Source: the human T2T-CHM13v2.0 reference genome, Homo sapiens
Length of the DNA stretch: 64,000 nucleotides
Strand: one strand, 5' to 3'
NCBI RefSeq assembly: GCF_009914755.1
Contig: NC_060933.1
Shown: one piece after another, positions 21,733-42,891 of the stretch
Numbering within the stretch: the stretch's first letter is position 1
Layout of the letters: every line of letters starts with the position of its first letter
Translations under genes and position numbers: made by a program
Notes under the pieces: generated by a model
What the model was told of the DNA's origin: nothing
The model's database searches: none
Seen by the model: the letters and a program-made list of their open reading frames with translations, nothing else

Positions 21733-23379
21733 TACCTAGTCTACTCAGTTGGGCCAGGGAACCTCATTATTTTTTACCTCAACCTGTGAGACCAACTCAC
21801 ATAAATGGTCCCACTAAAGGTCTGGAAGTGCTCAGAGGATGAGATTCACAGGCTTCTTCTCCCAGAAGGGCCAGAAGGCAGCCCTGTGGCCCTGGAGTTG
21901 GAGTGTAGGAGAGCTGGTGGTAAGAGCTGGGGAAATGGCTGCTCAGAGCCACCATGGCCAGACAAAGGCAGCTCCTAGCCTATGATTTAGGGGACAGGTC
22001 TCCTGGTAAGGTGTGGCCACTAGAGAAGTTTGCCCAAATCACGTTGCACACTTCTGGACCTCAGCTACTCCACCAAAAACTGGATCAGGTTGGATCTGAG
22101 CAATCTGACATCAAAAACGTTCTCAGGAGTTTCCCAATACATAGAGGAGATAAAGGAAGAACAGAACTGGTTCTGTCTGAAATAAGATAGGGAAGGGGCC
22201 AGAGCCCTGTCCTCTAGGTTCCCCTCCCCTACCATGGTGGCCCTTGAGGCAGGATGCCGGGCCTTACAGGACAGAGTTGAAACTTCTGGACTGGGCAATC
22301 CCTAGGGACTCGTTCAGCTCTGCCTTATTCAGTCATTGAGCACCTGTTACATGTAAATGAGATAACTTAGATCCACATGCTGCCCCCATCTGGTAGAGGA
22401 GGCAAAATTCACCCAGATGTAACTCCGAAAGAGGTAGAAAGTGCCTGATGTAGTCAAAGAAGCACAGAAATGCAGCAGAATAACCCTGTCCTCCACACCC
22501 CCCACTCCCAGAGCCCTCCTTCGCCATGCACTTGCATTTCCTTACTCAGAGACTGGAAGGAAGGTCTCCAGTAGTATCCTTATTTCACAATCGGGGAAAC
22601 TGAGGCTCTGTCTGGGAAGGTGGTTCCTTACTGGCAGCAAGCGGCAGGCCAGGGCTGCACCCTACATCTCCTGCTTCCTCAGACACGCCTGTTTCCAGGT
22701 AAAGGAAGGAGGCAGCCCGGCCTGCTCAGGAGCCCGAAGGAGTGCAAAGGAAGAGCAAAGCCTCAAAACACCTGCCTCGGGTCTCGGTTCCTTCCTGCCG
22801 GAGGAGCGGCTCTCACACCCTCCGCGCCTCCCAGTCCCTCCCGGCCGCCACAGCGGGAAGATCGAGGAATCTCAAATCCCTCTGCTTCTCTGGCTCTTTG
22901 CGCGCTGACATTTTTTTCTTCTTCTTTTTACTGTTTTTTTTTTTTTTACTTTCTTCAAGAGTTTGTGCAATCATTGTGTTTAGCCGTTTTCCTGCCATTT
23001 CCAAACGCGGGGTGGTGTCCTTTTCGAGTAGGAGCAAGGTTTGAAGAGTTGGAGGAAACTCCCGCCTCCCATCGCCCCAGTGCTGCAGGCACCCCGGATG
23101 CCAAAGTTAGTGTCGGAAACTTTCCCCATGCTGGGCGTCTGACTGAGTCCTCGGCTCTCCGAAGCTCTCTGACATCTCCCTCTCTATTCCCTTCCTCCTT
23201 GGGGTTCCTGCGACCCTCACTTTATCCCCCCACTCCCAGATTCCCCTTCCCAGAGGCGCGCCCTTCCTATCTTGTCCTGGGCAAGAGCCATTCCTCTGTC
23301 CTGCCCCACAGGCAAGGACAGACCCCTCACTCACTGCGACTTACTTGGTCGCATCCTGTGTCCCCTGCGTCTCCCCTCT

Positions 23380-24350
23380 CTTCCCCCACCCCAACCCCGC
23401 GGACCCGTGGGGGAACCTCAGCTTGCAGCTCTTCAGGCTCCAGTCTTGGAAGGCTGGACAGAGGGAGGGACGGCCACAGGATGGGGACAGAGGGACAGAA
23501 ACTGGGTCCGATTTGGCACCGAGGTAGCGACAAGAACAAAAGCAGGGACACAGGCAGGGCAGACACCGGGCAGCGCCGGAGCAGCGGCCCGCCTCCACTC
23601 CCTCACCACCCTCTCCCAAGCGCGGAGCCCCCCGTCCGTGTCCTGCTCGTGGCCTCCGGGGACCTGGGCGGCTCCCCGCGGGACCCACCTGATCCGCAGA
23701 ACCAGGGCGCCGAGGGCCGGCGCGCGGTGAGCTGGGCTGAGCAGGACCGCGCCCAGCTCCCGGCCCCGGCGAAGCCCTACGCGCTCTGATCAGCCACCGC
23801 GCCGCCTCCGCCCGAGCGGAGGCGCGTCCTCCCGCCCGTGGGCCGGCCGGCCGGGCTTCTGCTCTGGGCAGAGCGCAGCGGGTAGGGGCGCGAGGAGCCG
23901 GCGAGCGCTGACAGCGGGCTGCGCCAAGCCGGTCCCCGCCCCGGACACAGACAGCTGGAAGGCCGGCGAGCGAGTGCGTGAGTGAGAGTGTGTGTGTGCC
24001 GGGGAGGCGGATAAAATCCCCGGTGAGAGTGGCTGGGCCTCTTTTGCCTTCTCGGGCCTGCACGTGGTGGTGGTGGTGTAGGTGATAGAGCAGGAACCCC
24101 GGGCGTTGGAGGATGGGGTGGGGTCTGTGCTGTGCTGCTGGGAGGGGCTGCGCTGCGCTGGCGCACGGCCAAACTCTGGGAAACTCAGAGCCTTGGAGAT
24201 CTGATCCACCGTTTGTTTCCCGAGGAAGGAAGAGCGCGAATGTAGACAGCGGCAGGCCGGGGCTGGAGTCGCTCTTGCGAGAGTCCTGAGCTCTGGAAGT
24301 GAGGGCTGGGCGTTGGGCACCTGGTTCAGGGTCTGCCCGCGTTTGCGCAC
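23380..24350. promoter_or_regulatory. CpG-island, TATA-less promoter of GGTA1P (possibly bidirectional)
   Basis: Very dense CpG and GC content against CpG-depleted flanks; GC boxes (CCGCCC near 23808 and 23832) and an E-box CACGTG at 24061. Confidence 0.85.
23689..23790 (-). pseudogene. GGTA1: GGTA1P exon 1 (non-coding; TSS approximate)
   Basis: GC-rich leader AGAGCGCGTAGGGCTTCGCCGGGGCCGGGAGCTGGGCGCGG...GCGGATCAG followed by donor GTGGGT (GT at 23688-23687), inside a CpG island. Confidence 0.75.
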
Positions 24351-24688
24351 TGACTTCATGATCTGTGAGCCCAGAGTGTCTCAAACGGGGCTCTAAGGCA
24401 GCCCCTAGGCTGTGGAATAACTCTTTAGTAGAATTATGTAGAAAGGAATCCAAACATTCGATTTCAGAGTGTGCGCTTCTGTGCCCAGTGTGGCAGCAAT
24501 TCACTCAGAGAGTTGCTGTGGCCACAACTGGCTGCCCTCAGTTCTCTTGTCTTATACTGATAGCGACAAGGTCTTCTCACTCCCGCTCATATCAATCTAC
24601 TTTACAGGTGGAAAAGTCAGAACTTCATTTTGCCATTTGCCGTTGAACGTCATTTTCATAGACTAAGAAATTCGCTTCTTAAATAATT

Positions 24689-27091
<2,403 letters not shown>

Positions 27092-27875
27092 TAGCTGGGA
27101 TTATAGTTGTATGCCACCATGCCTGGCTAATTTTTGCATTTTTAGTAGAGACGGGGTTTCGCCATGTTGGCCAGGCTGGTCTCAAACTCCTGACCTCAGG
27201 TGATCTGTCCACCTTGACCTCCCACAGTGCTGTGATTACAGGCTTGAGCCACCACGCCTGGCCTAACACTTCTGTTAAGCCCACCTGGAGCCTACTACTG
27301 GTAGGCCCTCCCCAGTGACTTGGATAACCACCTCTTGCATTTCTTGCATTTCCTCTTCCCATCCTCTCTCACCCTGTCCTCCCTCTGTCCTCCCCTTTCT
27401 TCCTCAGATTCTCCATGTCAGAAACACCAAGGTGAGGTGGCCTCTGGCAGGCAGGGTTTGGAATGCACTTCCAGAATGTTCTTGGCAGGGAAAATGCCCT
27501 CCTTGAGATCTTGGTGGGGAAGAGAAATGTCAGTAACAGTGAGCTGGGAGGCAGGGGGAGGATCGATTTCCCCAAAGTCTGATGAGCCTTTTTCACAGAA
27601 ATACCAGATAAAGGAAGTGCAAAACTTCCACAGAACTAGAAAAACACACAGCCCAGGAACCCTGAGAGATGGCCAGTCCCAGCCCTCAATTTATAGATGA
27701 GGAAACGAGATCCAGATGGCAGTGACTTCCTCACAATCACAAGCTTGGCATTTGCAGAGCTAGGATTTGTTCCCATAGCTCTCTCACTTGCTTCTCAGCC
27801 CCACGCAGGTGGGGAAACTCCTAGGTCTTGGGGGCCTGGGGGGAGGTGTTTTAAAGAAATTCCCAGGAGTGGTAA

Positions 27876-29437
<1,562 letters not shown>

Positions 29438-30734
29438 AGCAACAGCCATTCTGATGACGGTGTTGCTCACTATGAAAGAGCTCGTCTATCTCTAAAATGG
29501 ATTCATAGACCCTGTCTCTCAGGCGGATCCACGGGGACTGGATTAAGGGGCTGCGGGTGCTGTGCTGGCCCACAGAGAGCTTGGGTTTTGTTTTCCCGCT
29601 GTTGTAGAAAGAAGACCCCTTGGCTGAGCCAATCTGAGCTGCTGAGTATTGCAAAAAGGGGAGATTATTTGGCTCAGGAAGGAATGGAAGACATCCCACC
29701 CTCGGCGGGGAGCTTAAGCACCCTCCCTACCAAAGAGAGTATACAAGCCCTTTGCATTTCTAAGTTCCTAACCTTCCGGATAAGCCCTGAAGCCTTGGGT
29801 CAGAGAAAGGGGCAGAATGCATGCTTAATGTTTCTGGGGGATGAAAAGGAGAGTTTCCCCTGGGGGGAAGGGGCAGTGAGTGGGCACCGCAAACCCCCAG
29901 GGCACCAGTGGCTGAGCTCAGCACTGAGAGATGAAATTGCTGGCTGAGCCCCCATGCTTAGAAGGATCACGGTGGCCTGAACCAGAAACTGGGTGATATG
30001 AGGCAGCCACAGTGGATAGATACAGAAGACTGTCACCCAAGCAGTGCCACACAGCAGCTAGCAGCATGGCATTGGCGGTAGGGAAAACATAAACAGCGGC
30101 TTCTCTCTGTGATGCCTGTATCCATCCCCAGCATCCCTGACGACACAGCACTTCCTGGAGCAGCTGGTTTTAATTTAACTTGAAGAATGGAGATGGAGTA
30201 TGATTTGCTGCCCAGTGAGTGGAAGGGTTAGGGTTAGGGTTTGTATTTGTCAGCAGAACTTAGAAGAGAGGGCTATGAGTCCCTGGTGAACACCTGGGGG
30301 ATCAGGAGCAGGTTACATTCCCCAACTGGAACCAGGCACTCTTTGCCCTGTCCACTTCTGCTGGCTCTCAGCATCTCAGGCCTCTCGGGAAATTCAGAGA
30401 CCCGACTATCCAGGAACAAACCAGACCTAGGCAAGCAGGAGGCCTCAGGGCAGGACTCGGACCCCAAAACACATGTCTGGCCCTAGAGCAAGGCTGATGG
30501 GGGAGGAGGGAGGGAGAGGCCGAGCAAGAGCAGAAGGAAATGAGCTGCACACGTCTGCAAAGGCTCAAAATGACTTTAGCATTGCCAAGACAACAAGAGG
30601 TTCAAATGTCCACAAATTATGTTTATCGTGCAAAAAACCCATTTTTTCCCACATTGGAGATGAGGAACAGCAAGCCATGATGTTAGGGGAGCCAACTGGA
30701 GTTCTGTACAGAGAAGGCTGGGCCCCGATTGACT

Positions 30735-31072
30735 AACGCCTGTAATTCCAGCACTTTGGGAGGCTGAGGCAGGTGGATCACCTGAGGTCAGGAGTTTGAG
30801 ACCATCCTGGCCAACATGGTGAAATATAAAATTTTTAGTCTGTACCAAATTTAGTTAAATTTAGTTAATTTAGTGAAATACTAAATTTTTAGTCTGTACT
30901 AAAAATACAAAAATTAGCGGGGCATTGTGGTGCACACCTGTAATCCTAGCTACTCGGGAAGGTGATGCATGAGAATCACTTGAACCCAGGAGGCGGAGGT
31001 TACAGCGAGCCAAGATTGAACCATTGCACTCCACCCTGGGCGACAGAGTGAGACTTCATCTAGGGAAAAAAA
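30735..31072 (+). mobile_element. 5'-truncated Alu with a rearranged mid-linker
   Basis: Alu consensus interrupted by an AT-rich insertion at 30819-30899. Confidence 0.85.
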
Positions 31073-31084
31073 AATGCTCTGTAC

Positions 31085-31440
31085 AGAGAAGCTAGAGACT
31101 TCTTGTCTCTGAGCCTCAGTTTTCCCATCCATAAAATGAGGATTATAACATTTGCCAGATAGGGTTGTTGCGGGGAATTAAAATAAATGGAATATACAAG
31201 CAGTTTAGCATCATTGTCCTCATTATGACTTAAGGAGTAAGCATGTTGCTCTGTGCGGGCCTTTTTTATCTGCATGACCTCATTCAGTCCTCACTATGGT
31301 CCTACTAGACAGATGGCAGAGCTGGAACCCAGAGAGGTAGAGTGATTTTCCCAGGGTTGTTCAGCTTTACAGTGGCAGAGCCTGACCTGAAACCCAGGGA
31401 GTGTGACCCCAGCTTTCAGGCTCTGGGTCTCTTCCACTAC
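31085..31440 (-). mobile_element. MIR fragments
   Basis: CTCTGAGCCTCAGTTTTCCCATCCATAAAATGAGGAT (plus-orientation core) and ACCTCATTCAGTCCTCAC..CCCAGAGAGGTAGAGTGATTTTCCCAGGGT (minus-orientation core). Confidence 0.65.
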
Positions 31441-31839
31441 TTCTTCTTTAAATAATAATAATAATTGTTATTATTATTTTAGAGACAGGGTCTCCTGCTC
31501 TCAAGTGATCCTCCCGCCTAAGTGCTGGGATTACAGACACGACCACCGCACCCGGCTCTCCCGGGGCTTCTGATCCAAAGCAGGTTGTTATCCATGCTCA
31601 GTGTAAGGTTGAAATCTATAGTGGGAATACAAAGACAGGAAGAGTCATTCTAAGAAGGGTTCTTGGATGGGGGCAAGATTTGAGCTAAAATTTTCCAAGG
31701 AAAAGCAGGATATTAGGAGGAGGAAAGTGGGACAGAGGGGAGGCCTTGCTAGGCAGCAGCTACAGTTGGAACAAAGTCGGGGCAGTGGAGACACAGGAGG
31801 CATACTGAAGAGTCGCAGGAAGATTCAGCCTACCGCTGA

Positions 31840-32161
<322 letters not shown>

Positions 32162-32869
32162 TGACCTCGTTATCCTCCTGCCTTGGCCTCCCAAAATGCT
32201 GGGGTTACAGGAGTGAGCCACTGTGCCCGGCCGTGGAGCTGTCATTTTTCTTCCAGGTCCCTTCACAAATCCATCAGACTGAAGTGCCATGTGGGCAAGG
32301 ACTGGCTGGGTATCCTCTGCTGTTGCAGCCCCAGTGCTTAGCACAGTGTCTGGACCATGGTAGGCACTAGACATTTGCTGAATGAATGGAAATGGGAGGG
32401 TATGTATTCTCGTCCATTTCTTATTTTTGACAGACTTACTCCTCTGTGACCCTACAACCTTGTCTCTCCCTGCAAAGAAATCAGACTGAAAGTGGAGTGG
32501 GGGTGGGAATTAGGGGAGGGATATGATGGAAACCAGCCCCACTGACAAGCATTTATCTCAAGATACTGAAGCCACAGCCAAATCCCTTTCCCAGCACCTG
32601 TTCACTAGGGTGCATTGGGAGCCAATTCTCCAGTGGTTTTTCAAGTCTTACAAGCAGAGCCACTGACTGCCTTTTGTTCTGGACTACCTTTCCATGCAAA
32701 TAGCCTTGGAAGGCAGAGCCTGTGGCTCTCTGAATTAAAGGGCAAGCATGCTTACTGCCCTTATAAAAGATTATAAAAGATTTAGGTTCTTCAAATCAGT
32801 GTCAGTCTCTTGTAATGCAACACACTGTGGGTGAACTCATACAGCTGAACTCATCTGTGTCACCCATGT

Positions 32870-33068
32870 CGAGTTGCCAGTTAAAATACAAGACTTCCCC
32901 TTCAATTTGAATTTCAGATAAATAAAGAATACTTTTTTTAGGAATACTTTTTTAGTATATGCACATCCCATGCAATATTTGGGACATGCTAAAAATGTAT
33001 TCATTGTTAATCTAAAATTCAAATCCAACTGGGTGCTCTATATTTTTGTTTTCTAAATCTGGCAGCCC
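32870..33068. mobile_element. MER53 palindromic hAT MITE
   Basis: GAGTTGCCAG..AAAATACAAGAC..AATTTGAATTTCAGATAAA ... TCCCATGCAATATTTGGGACA ... ATCTAAAATTCAAAT..AAATCTGGCAGCCC; self-complementary. Confidence 0.85.
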
Positions 33069-33074
33069 TACTCC

Positions 33075-33247
33075 CGTGGGACTTGGGGGTAAGAGGAACT
33101 AATGCAAATATGTTGATACTTATGCTGCTTCTCATGCTGTGAGGAATAAAATCTTTTGTCTCTGACCCAGGAATCTTGTGTGTTCTGTTAGCACTCAAGT
33201 TAGCTACCATGTAGGGTAAAATCTTATGCTCTCCACAGTTCTTAGTA
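33075..33247 (+). mobile_element. ERVL-type LTR 3' fragment (family uncertain)
   Basis: TGCTGTGAGGAATAAAATCTTTTGTCTCTGACCCAGGAATCTTG..GTAGGGTAAAATCT..CACAGTTCTT. Confidence 0.55.
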
Positions 33248-33551
33248 GATATCCCCAACCTAAGCTTGGAGCCTGGCATAGATTTGACTGTGAAATATAT
33301 CTGTAGGATGAGTGGTTATCAATCCATAGGAACTGCCGCCAAGTACACAGAATTCCTCAGAGATTGGGAATTTGTTACTGGTGCTTTGTGCGCAACTTTA
33401 CATCTCACTAACGCATTGTTGTTACCATGGTTACTATAACTATATCGTGCTTCATAGCTTCCAAAGAGCATTCCATGCATTTCCTCATTCAGTTTCCCAA
33501 TGACTTGCTGAAATATGTGTGATTATTCTTACTTTAGGAATTAGAAATTGA

Positions 33552-33745
<194 letters not shown>

Positions 33746-34454
33746 TAGTAGAGACGGAGTTTCTCCATGTTGGTCAGGCTGGTCTCGAACTCCCGACCTC
33801 AGGTCATCTGCCCACCTTGGCCTCCCAAGTGGTGGGAATACAGGTGTGAGCCACCGCACCCGGACTTTTTTTTTTTTTTGAGGTGGAGTTTTGCTCTTGT
33901 CACCCAGGCTGGAGTGCAGTGGCGTGATCTTGGCTCACTCAACCTCTGCCTCTCAGGTTCAAACAATTCTCCTGCCTCAGCCTCTCAAGTAGCCAGAATT
34001 ACATGTGCCTGCCACCACGCCCAGCTAATTTTTGTATTTTTAGTAGAGACAGCATTTCACCATGATGGCCAGTCTGGTCTCCAACTACCAACCTCAGGCA
34101 ATCTGCCTGCCTTGGCCTACCAAAGGATTACAGGCGTGAGCCATGGCGCCCATTCCTCCCCCCTGCTTTTTTTTTTTTTTAAGACTCATTAAGACATTTT
34201 GGAAAATGCTTAGAGGCAAAACATTACTTGAAATTTATTATTTTTTCCTATTTTTAGCAAAATGACGCCTTGATTTTTGGCACAGGAAATGAAAAAGAAC
34301 ACCATGAAGGCCACCACACTGCACAATTCCAGAGGATGTTGCAGGACTAGCAGGGATCCCAATGGGCACCATTCACTGTGCTCCATGTACTCTAAGTCAA
34401 CAGTGCCTCCTGGAGTTGTGCAAGGTAGTAGCCTTGGCAGCATTGATTACCTAA

Positions 34455-34871
<417 letters not shown>

Positions 34872-35590
34872 TGAAACCACATTTAGCCTCTTGAGCCAGA
34901 GGAAATGCAGTGGAGGCCAAACTCCCCCACCATGTAAAGAGGGGAGGGAGCATTATCTGCCGTTAGAGCTAGCCTCAGGATGCAGCGGAAGCAGCTGCTG
35001 ACTGAGTTTGACATACGGTGAGCCAGGCGGGCCCTGATGCCCTTATCTACTCTCCTGCCAGCTCTTCCAGGGCCTGAAAACACCAACCCCTTCAGCCTGT
35101 GGATGCTTTCCAGCCTGCAAGCCTCCCAAGAAAATGTAATTACCCCTCACCCCCAAAGAAAGACCCCCTTGGATCGCACTGTCCCCAAGTACTCAAGGGT
35201 GATATTAGTCAGGGTATGGCCGGAGGGTATAATACCTGGGACGTTAGCAAATGTTGCAAGAAAAAAACGGTTTCATGCTTATGTAAGTTCAGACAATCTG
35301 CATCCTGCACATTCTCTGAAGAGAGTCACAGTGCATGCTAAAGTGCTGAGAAGTCCTGGGGAACCAAGACTTTGACTTGTTAGAGCACAGAGTGTCTATT
35401 TATATCCACCCAGCATGGGAAATGCTGGGCATACGAGATCTGGTCAACAACTCATTAAGAACCAGGCTTGCAGCCAGGCGCAAAGGCTCATGCTTGTAAT
35501 CCCAGCACTTTGGGAGGCCAAGGTGGGCAGATCACAAGGTCAGGAGATCAAGACCAACCTGGCTAACACAGTGAAACTCCGTCTCTACTA

Positions 35591-35748
<158 letters not shown>

Positions 35749-36521
35749 TCAAAAAAAAAAAAAAAAAAAAAAAAAAACCAGGTTTGCAGGGATGGACCAC
35801 GGGGGCAAGACAGATGTTCTGTAAAGTACATAACCATGTGGTTCAGATGTCAGGCAGGCATGAGTTCAAGTTTTGCCACTGTGATTTAGAACTATACAGT
35901 CTTGAGCAGGTTACTGAATTTCCCTGACCTCAAGTTTCTTTTTTTTTTTCTTTTTTTTTTATTTTGAGATGGAGTCTTCCTTTGTCACCCAGGCTGGAGT
36001 GCAGTGGCATGATCTTGGCTTACTGCAACCTCCCCATCCTGGGTTCAAACGATTCTCCTGCCTCACCCTCCCCGAGTAGCTGGGACTACAGGTATGCACC
36101 ACCATGCCCAGCTTATCTATTTATTTATTTATTTTGCATTTTTAGTAGAGATGAGGTTTCACCATGTTGGCCAGGCCGATCTCGAATTCTTGACCTCAGA
36201 TGATCCGCCTGTCTTGGCCTCCCAAAGTGCTGGGATTACAGGCATGAGCCACTGCTTGTGGCCAAGTTATTCTTTACTTTCGGATGCTACAACATCTTCT
36301 AATTTCATCTATATTTTCCCTGTTCCAATCCTGGAATCAACCATTTCTTCAAGAAAATGGAGGAGAAATTCTATGGAGTCCTTATTTCTTTTATTAGGGA
36401 ACAGTATTTGAAAGTAAAATCTAGGTGCAGAATGTCCTCATTGTTGTTGAGGTGTCATGGATTCTAGTCCCTCTCCACAGACAGAGCTAGGGACTGTGTT
36501 TCTGTGTACTCATATGCCAAT

Positions 36522-37194
<673 letters not shown>

Positions 37195-37241
37195 CACACA
37201 AACATTTCTCTCTCTTTTCTTTTGTATATGCACATGTATAT

Positions 37242-40938
<3,697 letters not shown>

Positions 40939-40984
40939 TATGTATTATATATTATAGTATATCTACATAGTCAATCTGGTACCA

Positions 40985-42890
40985 GATTTTGGAGGCAACA
41001 TATTTCTCACTTGGGTGTGTTACTCTGGCCCATCTATTGAGTGACTTAAAAAGCTGCTAGTTTTGAGTGGGACCCAGAACAGGAGAAGACTCTGCAACAG
41101 GTAGGTATGTGAGGACAGTGGGGACGAAGGGCCATGGAGGGGAAAAGAGATAAGGGGAAAGTGACACTTCTCTGTGCAAGCAGCTCTACCACTTTGGCCG
41201 TATGATTCAACAGATCCAATGGTTCTTGAGGTGTCAGTGGCAAGAGGGGCGCTGTTTGGAGCCTTTGGCCAACCTCTATAGGTGAATTGCAGCACAGGCC
41301 CTTAGGATTTTGGAGCCAGGCCTTGCCATCATCTGCACATAACTATTCTCCTTTTGAGAGACAGCTCTTGGCCTGCGGCTGGACTTTGTAGTAGCTGGAT
41401 GCTTGACCATGGGCCACCAAGTTATCATGTGACTCGGTGGGCATTATCTGACCCACCAAGCTGTAAAGTTGGGCATACACAGCAGCACTCCATCATCAAA
41501 TGGAAGTGGTGGATACATGACAGGGCTCAAGCAGGTCCTAAAGGCACAAGTAAGTTGCATGAGGAAGTGGCCCAAATTCCCATGGTCCCCATTCCTGCTA
41601 CCCTTCCTTGGCTCTTTCAGCCTGCACCTATGGCTCATGGGGAGTTTCCTATATTCAGCTGACAAAAGAAGAGAAGAGTAGGACCAGGTTTACAGATAGT
41701 TTGGCCCAATATGCAGGCATCAATCACAAGTGGACGCTGCAGCACTACAGCCCCTCTCTGGGACACCCTGAAGGACAGTGGTGAAGGGAAATCCTCTCAG
41801 TGTTCAAGACTTTGGGCAGTGGGCCTGGTTGTGCACTTTGCTTTGAAAGGAGAAATGGTCAGATGTGTGACTGTAAACCAATTCATGAGCTGGAGCCAAT
41901 GGTTTGGCAGATGGTCAGGAACTTGGAAGAAACATGGTTGGAACATCAGTGACAAAGAAATTTGAGGAAGAGTTATGTGGACGGACCTCTCTGAGTGGGG
42001 AAAGGTGTGAAGATATTTGTACCCCATGTGAGGTCACACCAAAGGGTGACCTCAGCAAGGAGGAGTTTTAATATTCAAGAGGATAGGATGGCCCATTCTG
42101 TGGATATCAGTCGACCTCTTTCCCCAGCCATCCCTGTCATTGCCCAGTGGGCTCATGAACAAAGTGGTCATGGTGGCACTGATGGAGGTTATCCATGGGT
42201 TCGGCAGCTTGAACTCTCACTCATCAGAATTGACCTGGCTACTGCCACCTCTGAGTGTCCAATCTGCCAGCAGCAGAGACCAACACTGAGTCCCTGCAAT
42301 GGCACAACTCCCCAGGGTGATCAGCCAGCTACCTGATGGCAGTTGATTACATTGGTCCTCTCCCATCATGGAAGGGGCAGCATTCTGTCCTTACTGGACC
42401 AGACACTCTGGATATGAATTTGGACTTATGGAATGCCTTATCCATCATCAATCATAATATTCCACATAGAATTGCTTCTTCTTTTTTTGAGACAGGGTCT
42501 CACTCTGTTGCCCAGCTGGAGTGCAATGGCATGATCATGGCTTACTACAGCCTTGAACTCTTGGCCCCATACAATCCTCCTGCCTCAGCCTCCTAAAGTG
42601 TTGGGATTACAGGCATGACCCACCATATCCAGCCTGTTTCTGATGAGGGAACACACTTCACAGCCAGAAAAGTGCAGCAATGAGCCCATGCTCATGACAT
42701 TATTCACTGGTCTTACCATGTTTCCCATCATCCTGAAGCATCTGGCTTGACAGAATGGTGGCGTGGTTTTTTGTAGACTCAGTTACAGTGCCAGCTAGAT
42801 GACAATAGGGCTGGGACAAGGGTCTTGAGAAGGCTGCCTAAGCACTGAATCAGCATCTGATATTTATACAGTATTGTTTTCCCCAAGCTA
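40985..42890 (+). mobile_element. ERVL (HERV-L/MLT2-int) degenerate pol: RT C-terminus, RNase H and integrase
   Basis: Translated fragments AQWAHEQSGHGG...SECPICQQQRPTLSP (HHCC zinc finger), VDYIGPLPSWKGQ (integrase core) and QQHSIIKWKW; many stops and frameshifts. Confidence 0.9.
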
Positions 42891-42891
42891 G

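Noticed and set aside
22620-24504. Long ORFs of 389 aa (+) and 387 aa (-) over the CpG island
   Set aside because: Stop-poor GC-rich DNA, low-complexity Pro/Arg/Ala/Gly translation, non-ATG starts and no recognisable domain; the minus ORF runs through the exon 1 donor.
41354-42596. Possible functional reverse transcriptase or integrase
   Set aside because: Fragmented across frames, with deletions and an Alu insertion in the integrase core.
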